Positions 35,636-44,876 of a DNA stretch of 64,000 nucleotides are shown in pieces. Every line of letters begins with the position of its first letter. Position 1 is the first letter of the stretch. Under the pieces are notes generated by a model, which saw only the letters and a program-made list of their open reading frames with translations, did not search any database and had not been told where the DNA came from. The stretch spans positions 9,958-73,957 of the IMG/VR virus record IMGVR_UViG_3300021389_000014; one strand, written 5' to 3'. This DNA is from a virus. The translations under genes were made by a program, and so were the position numbers.

Positions 35636-35863
35636 ATGACAGAACAAACATTAAATACGGAGACTGCGCCAGTTTCTTTATCTGTAAAAGATTTGGCAGA
35701 CGCAGCAAGTTACATAGATTTGGCGTTTAAAAAAGGAGCATACGGCGCAGAAGAAGCCTCTGAAATTTCTAATCTGTATAAAAAAATCGTTGTATTTATA
35801 AATGCAACGATTGAAACGCAACAAAAAGCGCAAGAGGCAAACAAAGAAGGTAATACACAATAA
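35636..35863 (+). CDS. Hypothetical protein
   Basis: AGGAG RBS; 'LS..DL......ID.A...GA....E...I..LY.K'. Confidence 0.65.
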   Translation: MTEQTLNTETAPVSLSVKDLADAASYIDLAFKKGAYGAEEASEISNLYKKIVVFINATIETQQKAQEANKEGNTQ

Positions 35864-36504
35864 TGAAACATGTAGGAAGAATAGAAAATACTGGAAAACG
35901 CTGTGTCGTTGTTTTTAGAGAAATATACGATGAAACTGGAAAGGTCGTTGAATCTGACAAGTGCCTAGTAGTCGAAACAGATTCTCTGCCAGATTTCGCA
36001 CACCAGGACATCATGTCCATAGTTGAAAGCGAACCTTCTCAGCGCGAAGGAGAACTGTTTAACGTTCTCGCACGAACTCGGTTGAGCAATGGTGATACTG
36101 CACTACCGTGGCTGCATTCGCAGGGTAGGCTCAGGAAGTATGACACTGATAATATCGTGTTGATTCCGAATAGCAACACAAAGATCAAATTGAACGTTCT
36201 TAATAGAATTATTGAACTTCAAAAGGCAGGATATAGCGAAAGCGACATTCAACGAATCGCGAACGACATGCAATCTGAGAAAAAAACAAATCCAGATAAA
36301 CAAAATGTTTCTGAACAAAAGCCAGCAAACGCCGTATTGACGGATGAAGATTTGGCAAAAAATCTTATTTCGCAAGCGGAAACACTAAAAGCTGAGGTAG
36401 AAAGACTGGAGAAAGAGGCATATACTCTTGCTCCAAGTCTTAAACCCACCAAAAGAAAAAGGGTCTCTGCTAAAAGTAAAGAAACTGTTATTGAGAGTAG
36501 TTAA
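35863..36504 (+). CDS. Conserved-type phage hypothetical protein
   Basis: 'MKHVG......R..V.FR...CLV..TD.LP...H'; C-terminal coiled coil. Confidence 0.65.
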   Translation: MKHVGRIENTGKRCVVVFREIYDETGKVVESDKCLVVETDSLPDFAHQDIMSIVESEPSQREGELFNVLARTRLSNGDTALPWLHSQGRLRKYDTDNIVLIPNSNTKIKLNVLNRIIELQKAGYSESDIQRIANDMQSEKKTNPDKQNVSEQKPANAVLTDEDLAKNLISQAETLKAEVERLEKEAYTLAPSLKPTKRKRVSAKSKETVIESS

Positions 36505-36795
36505 ATGGCTATAATCAAAAAAGAACGAGCATTTTCACAAATAATGGGGGACGTTGAAGTCAACGAAGTCCCCATTATATTTGTAAAAAAGTTATCAATT
36601 TTATCCACTGAGCAAAAAGTTTATACTCTTTTAAAAAATGATCTTTCAGACTTTTCAAGTTTAGAAGATGCTATAAATTCTTTTCCTCATGAAATCCAAG
36701 ATATAAACATTGAATTAGATATGAAGCTAATTGAAGATACTGTGAAATATGAACAGAATCGTTTACTTGGAGAAAACGGTAACGAAGATGATTAA
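36505..36795 (+). CDS. Hypothetical protein
   Basis: Abuts the previous stop codon. Confidence 0.6.
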   Translation: MAIIKKERAFSQIMGDVEVNEVPIIFVKKLSILSTEQKVYTLLKNDLSDFSSLEDAINSFPHEIQDINIELDMKLIEDTVKYEQNRLLGENGNEDD

Positions 36796-37285
36796 AGCTA
36801 TTTTCGCGTGTGATGATACGTGGGGCATCGGTAAAAACGGTGCCCTTCCATGGCCTCACAACCCAGAAGACTTAAAATGGTTTAAGCAATGCACAGATGG
36901 TGATGTTGTTGTTATGGGTCGTAAGACTTGGGAAAGTCTGCCCCGTAAGCCTCTTCCAAATCGTATAAACTATGTAGTTACATCAGACCATAACATTGAA
37001 AAAGGCTATTATGGAAGATTTACTAGCAAGGATGTTGGCAGAGCAATACGTTCTATAATTGAAGGTCGTATTGAGCCAATGCCAGATATTTGGATTATTG
37101 GTGGTGCGCAATTATTTGAGAGTTGCATTGATATAATTGAAGAAGTTCATTTATCTAGGATAGAAGGCGATTTTGATTGTGATGTTTTTTTACCAAAATG
37201 GAAATTAATGAGAAATTTTTACCTTGACAGTGCCAATATCCATACAAATAAACTCAATACCGAACATTGGAAAAAACGACAATGA
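36788..37285 (+). CDS. folA: Dihydrofolate reductase
   Basis: GIGKNG.LPW....DL.WFK..T, VMGRKTWES.P..PLP.R.N.V, IIGG, D.D.F; ATG at 36788. Confidence 0.95.
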   Translation: MIKAIFACDDTWGIGKNGALPWPHNPEDLKWFKQCTDGDVVVMGRKTWESLPRKPLPNRINYVVTSDHNIEKGYYGRFTSKDVGRAIRSIIEGRIEPMPDIWIIGGAQLFESCIDIIEEVHLSRIEGDFDCDVFLPKWKLMRNFYLDSANIHTNKLNTEHWKKRQ

Positions 37286-37319
37286 ATGATAGAATGAGAG
37301 AATTGAGCGGAGTATTAAT

Positions 37320-38198
37320 ATGAAAGAATATTTAGATTGTTTACGCTATATTATGGATAACGGCGTGGATACTGACGACAGGACTGGCGTAGGAACTAGA
37401 AGTGTTTTTGGATACCAAATGCGATTTGATTTGTCTAACGGATTCCCAGCAGTAACTACGAAAAAATTAGCATGGAAGCCATTGGTATCAGAATTACTGT
37501 GGTTTTTGGAAGGAAGCACCGATGAGCGTAGGTTAGCAGAAATTCAATATGGAAAGCCAATAAATGAATTAATTGATAAAACAACAATATGGACTGCAAA
37601 TGCAGATGCCCAAGGAAAATCACTCGGCTATTACAATGACGAATATGTCAAAGAATTGGGTCCAGTTTATGGTACGCAATGGCGAAACTTCGGCAGTAGT
37701 TATGCCACATTCGAAAACAGCCGAGGTGTAGATCAAATTTCATGGGTGATAAATGAAATTAAAACAAATCCAGATTCTCGTAGGTTAGTTGTATCTGCGT
37801 GGAGTGCAAATCAAATTCACGAAATGGCGCTTATGCCGTGCCATTACTCATTTCAGTTTAATGTAATTAATAATAAGTTGAATTGTATATTCAACATGAG
37901 ATCAACGGATTCTTTTTTGGGCTTGCCATTCAACCTCGCATCCTACTCACTGTTGACACATATGATTGCACAGGTATGTGATTTGGAAGTAGGAGATTTG
38001 GTATATTCTGGTGCAAATGTTCATATATATAAAAATCATTTTGATGCGGTAAATGAGCAATTGTCAAGGGAGCCATTGCCACTTCCAACATTGTGGTTAA
38101 ATCCGGAAATCAAAAATATAGATGATTTTACCATGGATGATATAAAATTAGTCGGTTACGAATCCCATCCTGCTATAAAAGCACCGATGGCGGTTTAA
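37320..38198 (+). CDS. thyA: Thymidylate synthase
   Basis: DRTGVGT, ELLWFL.G, LGPVYG.QWR, SRR, MAL.PCH, RS.D.FLGLPFN, HIY.NH. Confidence 0.97.
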   Translation: MKEYLDCLRYIMDNGVDTDDRTGVGTRSVFGYQMRFDLSNGFPAVTTKKLAWKPLVSELLWFLEGSTDERRLAEIQYGKPINELIDKTTIWTANADAQGKSLGYYNDEYVKELGPVYGTQWRNFGSSYATFENSRGVDQISWVINEIKTNPDSRRLVVSAWSANQIHEMALMPCHYSFQFNVINNKLNCIFNMRSTDSFLGLPFNLASYSLLTHMIAQVCDLEVGDLVYSGANVHIYKNHFDAVNEQLSREPLPLPTLWLNPEIKNIDDFTMDDIKLVGYESHPAIKAPMAV

Positions 38199-38839
38199 CG
38201 ATAATAAAACCCCAGCCTAGTATTGGGCAAGTTACTATCACTGTTATCTTTATTTTCAATATACTGCCAATCTTTATAAGATTGGTGGTATTTTTTATTC
38301 TCCCATACGGGTATTATCTCAGTTGCATTTTCTGGAAAATCTGATCCATGACGTAAATGAATTTCTATTATTTTATTTCCTATAAATTCTATGTTTAATT
38401 CTTTAGAATCTATTTCTTCTATAAAATCTGGTAATTTTATATTTGGTATTTGGATTTTTTTCCAACGATTAAATTGATAGAGTGGGTCGTCGTCTTCCCT
38501 AAATCCCTGACATGCAAATATAGGGGTCCATTTTTTATTTTTGTTAATAAAATCAATGCTTAAATGATTTCCGTAAAATCGTTCACACCAGAAATACCCT
38601 GCTGGTATTATAGTATCCGTGTTATTATTAAAAAATACAAAAGATGCACCGACTCCCATACCGCCAAGATTATATATTGGTCTAACACAGTATTCTCCGG
38701 AATTTGACACATCTGTTCCGCTTGGCCCACAATCATACCCCAATCTTAAACTTAATTCTAATTTATTGAATGTCCATCTAAGATTGGGGTATTTATTCCA
38801 AGCTTGGTAATCTTCTTTTATTTTTTCTTCGGGACGCAA
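38195..38839 (-). CDS. Hypothetical protein with ATP-grasp-like motifs
   Basis: 'VRP.YNL.GMG.GA', 'E.F.G.H.S.D', 'N.E.IG.KIIE.HLR'. Confidence 0.5.
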   Translation of the reverse strand: MRPEEKIKEDYQAWNKYPNLRWTFNKLELSLRLGYDCGPSGTDVSNSGEYCVRPIYNLGGMGVGASFVFFNNNTDTIIPAGYFWCERFYGNHLSIDFINKNKKWTPIFACQGFREDDDPLYQFNRWKKIQIPNIKLPDFIEEIDSKELNIEFIGNKIIEIHLRHGSDFPENATEIIPVWENKKYHQSYKDWQYIENKDNSDSNLPNTRLGFYYR

Positions 38840-39849
38840 TTCGGAACTTCTTTTCCATTTTTCATTTTAGTGCCAACTGGTTCATACCCGTCCCAGCAAG
38901 GATTGTCTTTGGGGTTTTTCAAGCTTTTCTTCTTCTTGGCTTCATTTACTTTTCCCCAACCAGTTTTTGCGCGAATTGCAAATTCTAGTTCATTTTCTAG
39001 TTCATAATCTTTTGAACCTTTCTTGTGTGGGCCACGTCCTTTTACTTTGGCAAGTTCGTCTCTAAGCTGTGCAAGGCTTTTTCCAGAATGCTCACCAGTT
39101 GATTCGATCTCGCTGTCGCCTTCCCATTTTTCCCTTACTGGCATAGCGCCTAAAGAAACCACAGGCTCTGCCGAAACTATGTCCGTTCCAGTAGGCTCCA
39201 TCGGTATTTCTTGGTGTTCTCCGCGCGTCATTTGATATTCCATATAGTGCTTTACCGCAGATAGGTCTTCGCTTGCACGGGTTATCTTAGCCTGAACCCA
39301 TGGCTCCAAATCGTCTGCGTCGTTAATCATTTGATGTAGGGCAATTGCATATTTTGCAGTTTTATATAACTGGCTCTTCGCCATCCATCCATCGTCGTCT
39401 TCTGAATCGAGAACTCCCTCAGTTACCATAATTCTCATTCTTTTTCCAGTTTCGCTATTTTTTACAACAGCGGGTTTCCCTACGGAAATGTCAAAATCCG
39501 TTTCCCATTCGCCGTCTTGAATTTTCTTTTCAATCTCTGCTTTTGTCATTTCGCGAGATTCTTTCATATTTTTAGAAATAGCTTTTCTCTTTTTCTTCAA
39601 ATATTCGTCAGTAGAATCAGTTTTTCCATCGTTATTGACATCATCATCTTCTTTTCCAACGGGGTCTAGTTTTGATTCATTCATCGCTTTTTTTGTTGCA
39701 GTTGCATACATGACATCTTTCCATTTATCTCCATATGCATCTTTCATGCGCTTTTCGTCTTTTTTCATTCCTTTGACAATTTCTTCACGCTTTTCTTTTT
39801 GCGGGCCTGTCATCTTTTCTTCTAGCATTTTAATTCTCTTAGATACCAT
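38818..39849 (-). CDS. Modular, highly charged late protein (putative internal head protein)
   Basis: Short modules separated by hydrophobic-x-Glu; EF-hand-like DDDVNNDGKTDSTDE; C-terminal CWDGY...G.K...G..VPNCVP. Confidence 0.55.
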   Translation of the reverse strand: MVSKRIKMLEEKMTGPQKEKREEIVKGMKKDEKRMKDAYGDKWKDVMYATATKKAMNESKLDPVGKEDDDVNNDGKTDSTDEYLKKKRKAISKNMKESREMTKAEIEKKIQDGEWETDFDISVGKPAVVKNSETGKRMRIMVTEGVLDSEDDDGWMAKSQLYKTAKYAIALHQMINDADDLEPWVQAKITRASEDLSAVKHYMEYQMTRGEHQEIPMEPTGTDIVSAEPVVSLGAMPVREKWEGDSEIESTGEHSGKSLAQLRDELAKVKGRGPHKKGSKDYELENELEFAIRAKTGWGKVNEAKKKKSLKNPKDNPCWDGYEPVGTKMKNGKEVPNCVPKKK

Positions 39850-39872
39850 TATAAAAATCCTCTTTTATATAT

Positions 39873-40067
39873 TTACGATTTTTTCTTTCTCTTTTTCTTT
39901 TTAGGGTTGTCGCCAAAAAATCCAGTATCTTGATCCAATGCGTTTACCGCAGTTCCATTTGGATTTCTTCGTTGCGTTCCGCCTATGCTTCCGCTAACTG
40001 ATGCTATTCCTCCGGCGCTTGTCGCGCCAGAAGAAGCAGTCTCTCTTAAAATATCATTTATTTTCAT
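39873..40067 (-). CDS. Small hypothetical late protein
   Basis: GGAG RBS before ATG 40067; 'MKI.DIL.E.A..G.TS.G.IA.V'. Confidence 0.6.
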   Translation of the reverse strand: MKINDILRETASSGATSAGGIASVSGSIGGTQRRNPNGTAVNALDQDTGFFGDNPKKKKRKKKS

Positions 40068-40320
40068 TTTTACTCCAGTCAATTTTTTTTGCTAATTTGG
40101 ACATTGTGCGTTGATGTTTTATATCACTTCTAACCATTTTTCTTTTTTTACAAATTACTGTTCGGTATTCCTCTGGGGTTAGCGGTCCTTTTCCTTCTAC
40201 CCCAGCAAATACGATGGCATCATATATTGATGTTTTTTCCATTGAACCAATAGTGTCTTCAAAGTTTGATTTTTTAACGTTTTTGTGCATATTACTGCCC
40301 TCCTTGATTAAAACTATCAT
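40054..40320 (-). CDS. Hypothetical basic protein
   Basis: ATGA overlap with the upstream gene. Confidence 0.5.
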   Translation of the reverse strand: MIVLIKEGSNMHKNVKKSNFEDTIGSMEKTSIYDAIVFAGVEGKGPLTPEEYRTVICKKRKMVRSDIKHQRTMSKLAKKIDWSKNENK

Positions 40321-43184
40321 CGTTTGCCCTCTCTGCCCTTATTTTTCTTTCTACGGTCAATCATATATGGCAAACTAAACCAATGCTCAAACCATTCAGG
40401 AGTTCCCGGTTCAAGTCCTTTTTTCTTAGCCAACCTAGCAGTCTCTGTGCCAGTTATGCTTATATTTTCTTTTATATAATTTATAAAATCTTTTGATATT
40501 TTTCCATCTTTGAAAAATGTATTTTCGCCAACCAATCTACCACGATAGGGATGTGGTTGTTCACCAGTCTTAGATGGTTTTGATTTTTTAGGCATTTTTT
40601 CTTTGCCTTTTACTTGATCTGGCTTTTTCTTTTCATTAACACGCTTTGGTCCCGTGAATGTAGTATATCTTTTTTCGCCAGTTTCAAAATTTATAAGCTT
40701 GTCTAAATCAAATCCACTGTTTGAACCAGCCATCTCCCCTGCCACTTCTTCTGCATAAACCATCGGTTGATAAAATTTTCCATCAACTTCTATAAATTTT
40801 GCAGGACCGAAATTGTGTTTTTTTCTAAATTCTAATTGATGATTGGGCAAGGTGCCAGTTTTGCTAGTTTTCATACTTAGGCCCAATACTTTATAAGATG
40901 CGCCATTTGATAGAGTAAATCTCATCCCTGGTCTAAAATCTCCAAATATTCCTTGTTCTTGTGCAATGGTGAACGCTTCACGTTTTAATTCTGCAATAGA
41001 TTTTACATCGTCTGACATTTTTTTATGAAAGTCTTTTAGTTTTTTATCTTCTCGTTTCTTTGATAAATCAAATATTTCGCTTTCATTTATTTTTCCAGAA
41101 CGTGTCATTACTTCTACATATTTGTTAAAGTATTTTTTTCTGTTTTCCAAATGTTTCATAGCTGGATTAATTTGACGCGTGACAGATTTTACGTCAGAAA
41201 AATCACTAACGTCTGGTCTTACAACATTAAGCCAAAACCATAATGCAGTTTTTGCCGCAATTTTTGGATTTTCTACCATTTCTGGATTTTTTACTAGATC
41301 AATTCCCAAATCTTTTGAAGCTTCCGTATAATTATATTTTCCAGTTAAATGAATATAACCTCTTCCTTTATACTTGTATCCATCTCCAGGTTCGGTGTTC
41401 CCTAATGTTTTTGCTTTTTTTTCCGCGTATTCTGGGTCATATTTTTTGAAGTAACTTTTTCCTCCCAGTTCTTTTAGATGATTATACAATCCCGTTTCTT
41501 GTGCAGTCTGTGCAAGAAATGCAGCAAGTTCAATTCCTTTTAATCCAGCGTTTTCTGCTGCATTGATTAGGTAAATTTCACTTGGCTGATCTGTTATTCT
41601 GACAACAGGTCTAGGATTTGGTCTTAGACTTTGTTTGGGAGCAGTATCAGTCGGTTCTTTCTTGGCTTCTGGTTCGTTAGAAAATCTTGAGTTCGGTCTT
41701 AAACTTGACTTTGGTGCAGAAGATTTACTATCGTCAGGAATTTGTTGTGTCTGAACTGGTTCGCTTGCATTTGCTTTGTTGATTCCGCCGTATCCTACTG
41801 CTCCCATTGCGCCAACTGTTCCCAAAGAACCCGCCACTGCCGCTGCTTTTCCTATCCTACGAAGTGCATCGCGAGGGCCTTCTTCTAGGGTACGCGCGTC
41901 TTCTATAATGGCTTTTTCAGATAATCCCATATTGAATAATTTAGTTGACGTAGTATTTTTTCTAGCTTTTTTGTTTAGTTCCGAAGGGTATCCGTCTTTG
42001 TTGACTTTATTTCCAAATTTTGCCGCTTGTGTTTTTATCTCATTTGGACCAACATCCACTGTCGTGTTGACTCCCTTAACAACACGCCCACCGTGTTCTT
42101 TTATTGGCGATACCGTACTGCTTAGATTATTCCCAACGCCTAGTTTTCTTTTTATTTCTGCAAGCAAATCTATGAATATCTCTTTCACCTCATTTAGTCC
42201 TGCAAAAAAGTTCATAAACTTTTGCATAGTGAGAGACGCAACTGAGTTCATCATGTTTTGAAATACATCAAGTTTTTCAAATAACTCTTCTATCATTTCG
42301 CCTTTTGCAAAATTTACAAATTCGCTAAGTTTTGAATACTGAGTTATTCTTGACCAAATGAATTTAACAAATCCATACATTCCTAGCTTATAAAGCAATC
42401 CTTTCCATCCTCCTAGCTGGACTGCTTTTCGCTGACCAGTATAGAACATTTCTATTATTTGATTTATTTTTCCAATAGCTTGGTCTATTATTTTATTGTT
42501 AGTAGATGTTTGAAGTTTTGTGACCGTTCCCTTTATGGTTTTTAATTGATTTAGTGATCTTTTTCCGATTTGAATTGATGCTTTTTCTAAAATATCTGCA
42601 TTGCTTATTATATCTTTTATTATTATTCCAGCATCTTTAAAGTTAGTTATTGTAGAACTAACATCAGACATCGTGTCGTCTGCCTTACTTTTTAAGAAAT
42701 TTTTTATACTGTCGAGGAATCCTTCATATAATTCTATTTCTTCAAAAATATAGTCGGCTGTTATGCTTTCTGTTAGCGGAAATGTTGGAAAAATTACAGT
42801 TGCCAAAAAATTACTTTTTAAGTGATTTTTATGCTCTCTCAAGAAAGTGCTAACGATTTCTATATTTTCTCTCATATATAATCTCATAGCACGAGTTATC
42901 GCGTGTTGTATATCCTGGGCGGCTGGCTTTTCATTAAATACTTTTATTATGTTTTCTGGATTCAATTTGCTATAAAGTATCCAATTTCCACCAACTTCTC
43001 TTGTAGAAAACAATTCAAGTTTCCCGTTTTCGCTCATCTCTTGGTATTTGTCGAATAGCTCTCGTGATCTTATATTTGGTATGTATCGTGATACGGTAAA
43101 CGCTGCATTTTCTGTGCTAATTTCTGGATTATCTTTTATAACTCTGTCCATATAGGTCAAGCCGATAATAAACTTATTTTCCAT
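40317..43184 (-). CDS. Large modular late protein containing a GH19 (chitinase/lysozyme-like) domain
   Basis: 'AAFLAQ...ETG', 'DG..YKGRG.I.LTG..NY', 'A.WFW', 'VT..IN' at ~41105-41580. ATG 43184 follows TATAAATA and an aagga RBS. Confidence 0.8.
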   Translation of the reverse strand: MENKFIIGLTYMDRVIKDNPEISTENAAFTVSRYIPNIRSRELFDKYQEMSENGKLELFSTREVGGNWILYSKLNPENIIKVFNEKPAAQDIQHAITRAMRLYMRENIEIVSTFLREHKNHLKSNFLATVIFPTFPLTESITADYIFEEIELYEGFLDSIKNFLKSKADDTMSDVSSTITNFKDAGIIIKDIISNADILEKASIQIGKRSLNQLKTIKGTVTKLQTSTNNKIIDQAIGKINQIIEMFYTGQRKAVQLGGWKGLLYKLGMYGFVKFIWSRITQYSKLSEFVNFAKGEMIEELFEKLDVFQNMMNSVASLTMQKFMNFFAGLNEVKEIFIDLLAEIKRKLGVGNNLSSTVSPIKEHGGRVVKGVNTTVDVGPNEIKTQAAKFGNKVNKDGYPSELNKKARKNTTSTKLFNMGLSEKAIIEDARTLEEGPRDALRRIGKAAAVAGSLGTVGAMGAVGYGGINKANASEPVQTQQIPDDSKSSAPKSSLRPNSRFSNEPEAKKEPTDTAPKQSLRPNPRPVVRITDQPSEIYLINAAENAGLKGIELAAFLAQTAQETGLYNHLKELGGKSYFKKYDPEYAEKKAKTLGNTEPGDGYKYKGRGYIHLTGKYNYTEASKDLGIDLVKNPEMVENPKIAAKTALWFWLNVVRPDVSDFSDVKSVTRQINPAMKHLENRKKYFNKYVEVMTRSGKINESEIFDLSKKREDKKLKDFHKKMSDDVKSIAELKREAFTIAQEQGIFGDFRPGMRFTLSNGASYKVLGLSMKTSKTGTLPNHQLEFRKKHNFGPAKFIEVDGKFYQPMVYAEEVAGEMAGSNSGFDLDKLINFETGEKRYTTFTGPKRVNEKKKPDQVKGKEKMPKKSKPSKTGEQPHPYRGRLVGENTFFKDGKISKDFINYIKENISITGTETARLAKKKGLEPGTPEWFEHWFSLPYMIDRRKKNKGREGKR

Positions 43185-43215
43185 TATTAATTCCTTTAAC
43201 AATATATATATTGAG

Positions 43216-43223
43216 TATTTATA
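43216..43223 (-). promoter_or_regulatory. T4-type late promoter
   Basis: Exact TATAAATA ~30 nt upstream of ATG 43184. Confidence 0.7.
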
Positions 43224-43250
43224 AAAAAACCCCCGCTAAAAGCGAGGGTT
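43224..43250 (-). terminator. Intrinsic terminator
   Basis: Minus strand AACCCTCGCT-TTT-AGCGGGGGTT followed by a T-run. Confidence 0.8.
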
Positions 43251-43273
43251 AATTTGTTATTATAACAGATTAA

Positions 43274-43702
43274 TTATGGTGCAGGATCATCTGCTTCAAA
43301 ATCATCTTCGTCAGTAGACGCAGATGTAATAACCATGTCGTCACCCGCTTCTTCCATCTCTGCATAACCATCGTCGGTTGCATCCGTCCAGTTCCAAGCA
43401 ATTGTGTCGCCAGTGCTTAGAGTTACACGGTGTGCGGAAATTTTAGAAACTTGAAATACGGTTCCGGCATCATCTTTGACAGAAATGCTCAGTTCTCCGT
43501 CTACAAGGTCTCCCGTTGCTTTTGGAACAAGATAGCACTCTTTGGTTACTGTCCCGTCAGTGCATACAAAACGCTTACTTCCAGTTTGCTTAACAATCCA
43601 TCCATTTACGCTTCCGGCACCGCCAAAGTGAAATTGAACTTTGATTTCATCGCCGCCTACTGTTGGTGGCCCGAAATATCTTTTATTTAATGGTCTTCCC
43701 AT
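43274..43702 (-). CDS. Putative virion structural protein (MGRPL family)
   Basis: 'MGRPLNKRYFG...G.IVKQ.GS.RF.....'; strong AAGGAG RBS; has its own terminator. Confidence 0.6.
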   Translation of the reverse strand: MGRPLNKRYFGPPTVGGDEIKVQFHFGGAGSVNGWIVKQTGSKRFVCTDGTVTKECYLVPKATGDLVDGELSISVKDDAGTVFQVSKISAHRVTLSTGDTIAWNWTDATDDGYAEMEEAGDDMVITSASTDEDDFEADDPAP

Positions 43703-43790
43703 TGGTATTCTCCTTTTTGTTTGTCAGTTACGGGTTCTAACCCGCTACGGGGAAGGAATGTATTCAAACCCCATAAAGACCCAACAAGGA
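43703..43790 (-). ncRNA. Putative structured cis-regulatory 5' leader
   Basis: Two internal hairpins enclosed by an outer stem that pairs with the Shine-Dalgarno sequence. Confidence 0.5.
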
Positions 43791-44825
43791 TCAATTGACA
43801 ATAGTATTTAGCGATTTTGCATAATTATATAGCTGCAAACTTGCCAAATTCTTGTTTTTTGCTTCTACCATAATATCAAAATCGTCCCAAAAAGATAGCG
43901 CCCAGTCGTTACATGCACGGCTGTGCATCATATCGCTATGTGCACGTAGTTTAGTTTTTTTATGTCCTTCATTCAATAGTTGATTCATATCTGGCAGAAT
44001 TGTACTATCTTTGATATATTCTTCCCGACTAACACTATAGTGCATAGTCGGACGAACACCCCGCCAGCTATTCAAAATGGCCTTGATTCTTTTATCACTT
44101 GGATGAATGAATTCGCCCCCTGTTCGGATGTAATGGTGATGAATGTCCAGAACAATTGGAATAATATCAGAAAGTTCAAGACACGAATCAATGCCCCACC
44201 CGAATTCATCGTTTTCGATTGTAATACTATTTCGTGCTTCGCTGCTTAATCTATTGTAAACTGCACGAATTCCATCTGGTCCGCGCTTGCCGCCAATATG
44301 AACATTGCACTTGAAATCTTGGAATTTTTGTCCATATCCCATCCAGCGAATCATGTCACAATGATATTCAAATTCGTGGATGCTATTTTCTACAACATTA
44401 GGATTATCGGAAGCCAAAACGGTGAACTGGCCAGGATGCATAGACAAGCGAACATCAAGCTCACGAGCAATATCACCAATTCTGGCGAATGATTGTTCAA
44501 GCCATCTTTTTGTATCTTGGCTATCATAGAAGTAACTCCAATGCTGCTCAGTATAAAGAGGAAGAATATCTGAACTAATGCGAAGTAAACGACACTCATT
44601 TTCTAGTTTTCCTACATAATTAATAAGATTTTTTACAGATGATACGTTGTGCTTCACAACTTCTTCTAGTCGTTGTTCGGCAACGCGTTTTGATTGACGA
44701 TTTAGCCAAGCGCGAGTAACCGAACGTGTATTGTATGGTTGTTCTACACTTTTCTTTTCTTTTGCGGACAGCATCTGGTCTTGATGCATGTATTTACATG
44801 CAAAGCCAATACGGTTTGTAGTCAT
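43791..44825 (-). CDS. uvsE: UV damage endonuclease
   Basis: RIGFAC, R.SSD.LP, RLS.HPGQF..L.S, N.H.GG, IENDE, LDIHH, H.S, H.D, MVEAK.K.LA. Confidence 0.93.
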   Translation of the reverse strand: MTTNRIGFACKYMHQDQMLSAKEKKSVEQPYNTRSVTRAWLNRQSKRVAEQRLEEVVKHNVSSVKNLINYVGKLENECRLLRISSDILPLYTEQHWSYFYDSQDTKRWLEQSFARIGDIARELDVRLSMHPGQFTVLASDNPNVVENSIHEFEYHCDMIRWMGYGQKFQDFKCNVHIGGKRGPDGIRAVYNRLSSEARNSITIENDEFGWGIDSCLELSDIIPIVLDIHHHYIRTGGEFIHPSDKRIKAILNSWRGVRPTMHYSVSREEYIKDSTILPDMNQLLNEGHKKTKLRAHSDMMHSRACNDWALSFWDDFDIMVEAKNKNLASLQLYNYAKSLNTIVN

Positions 44826-44876
44826 TTGGGTTCCTTTCGAATCATAGCCTTATATTGCTACAATTCGCAAGGGAAG

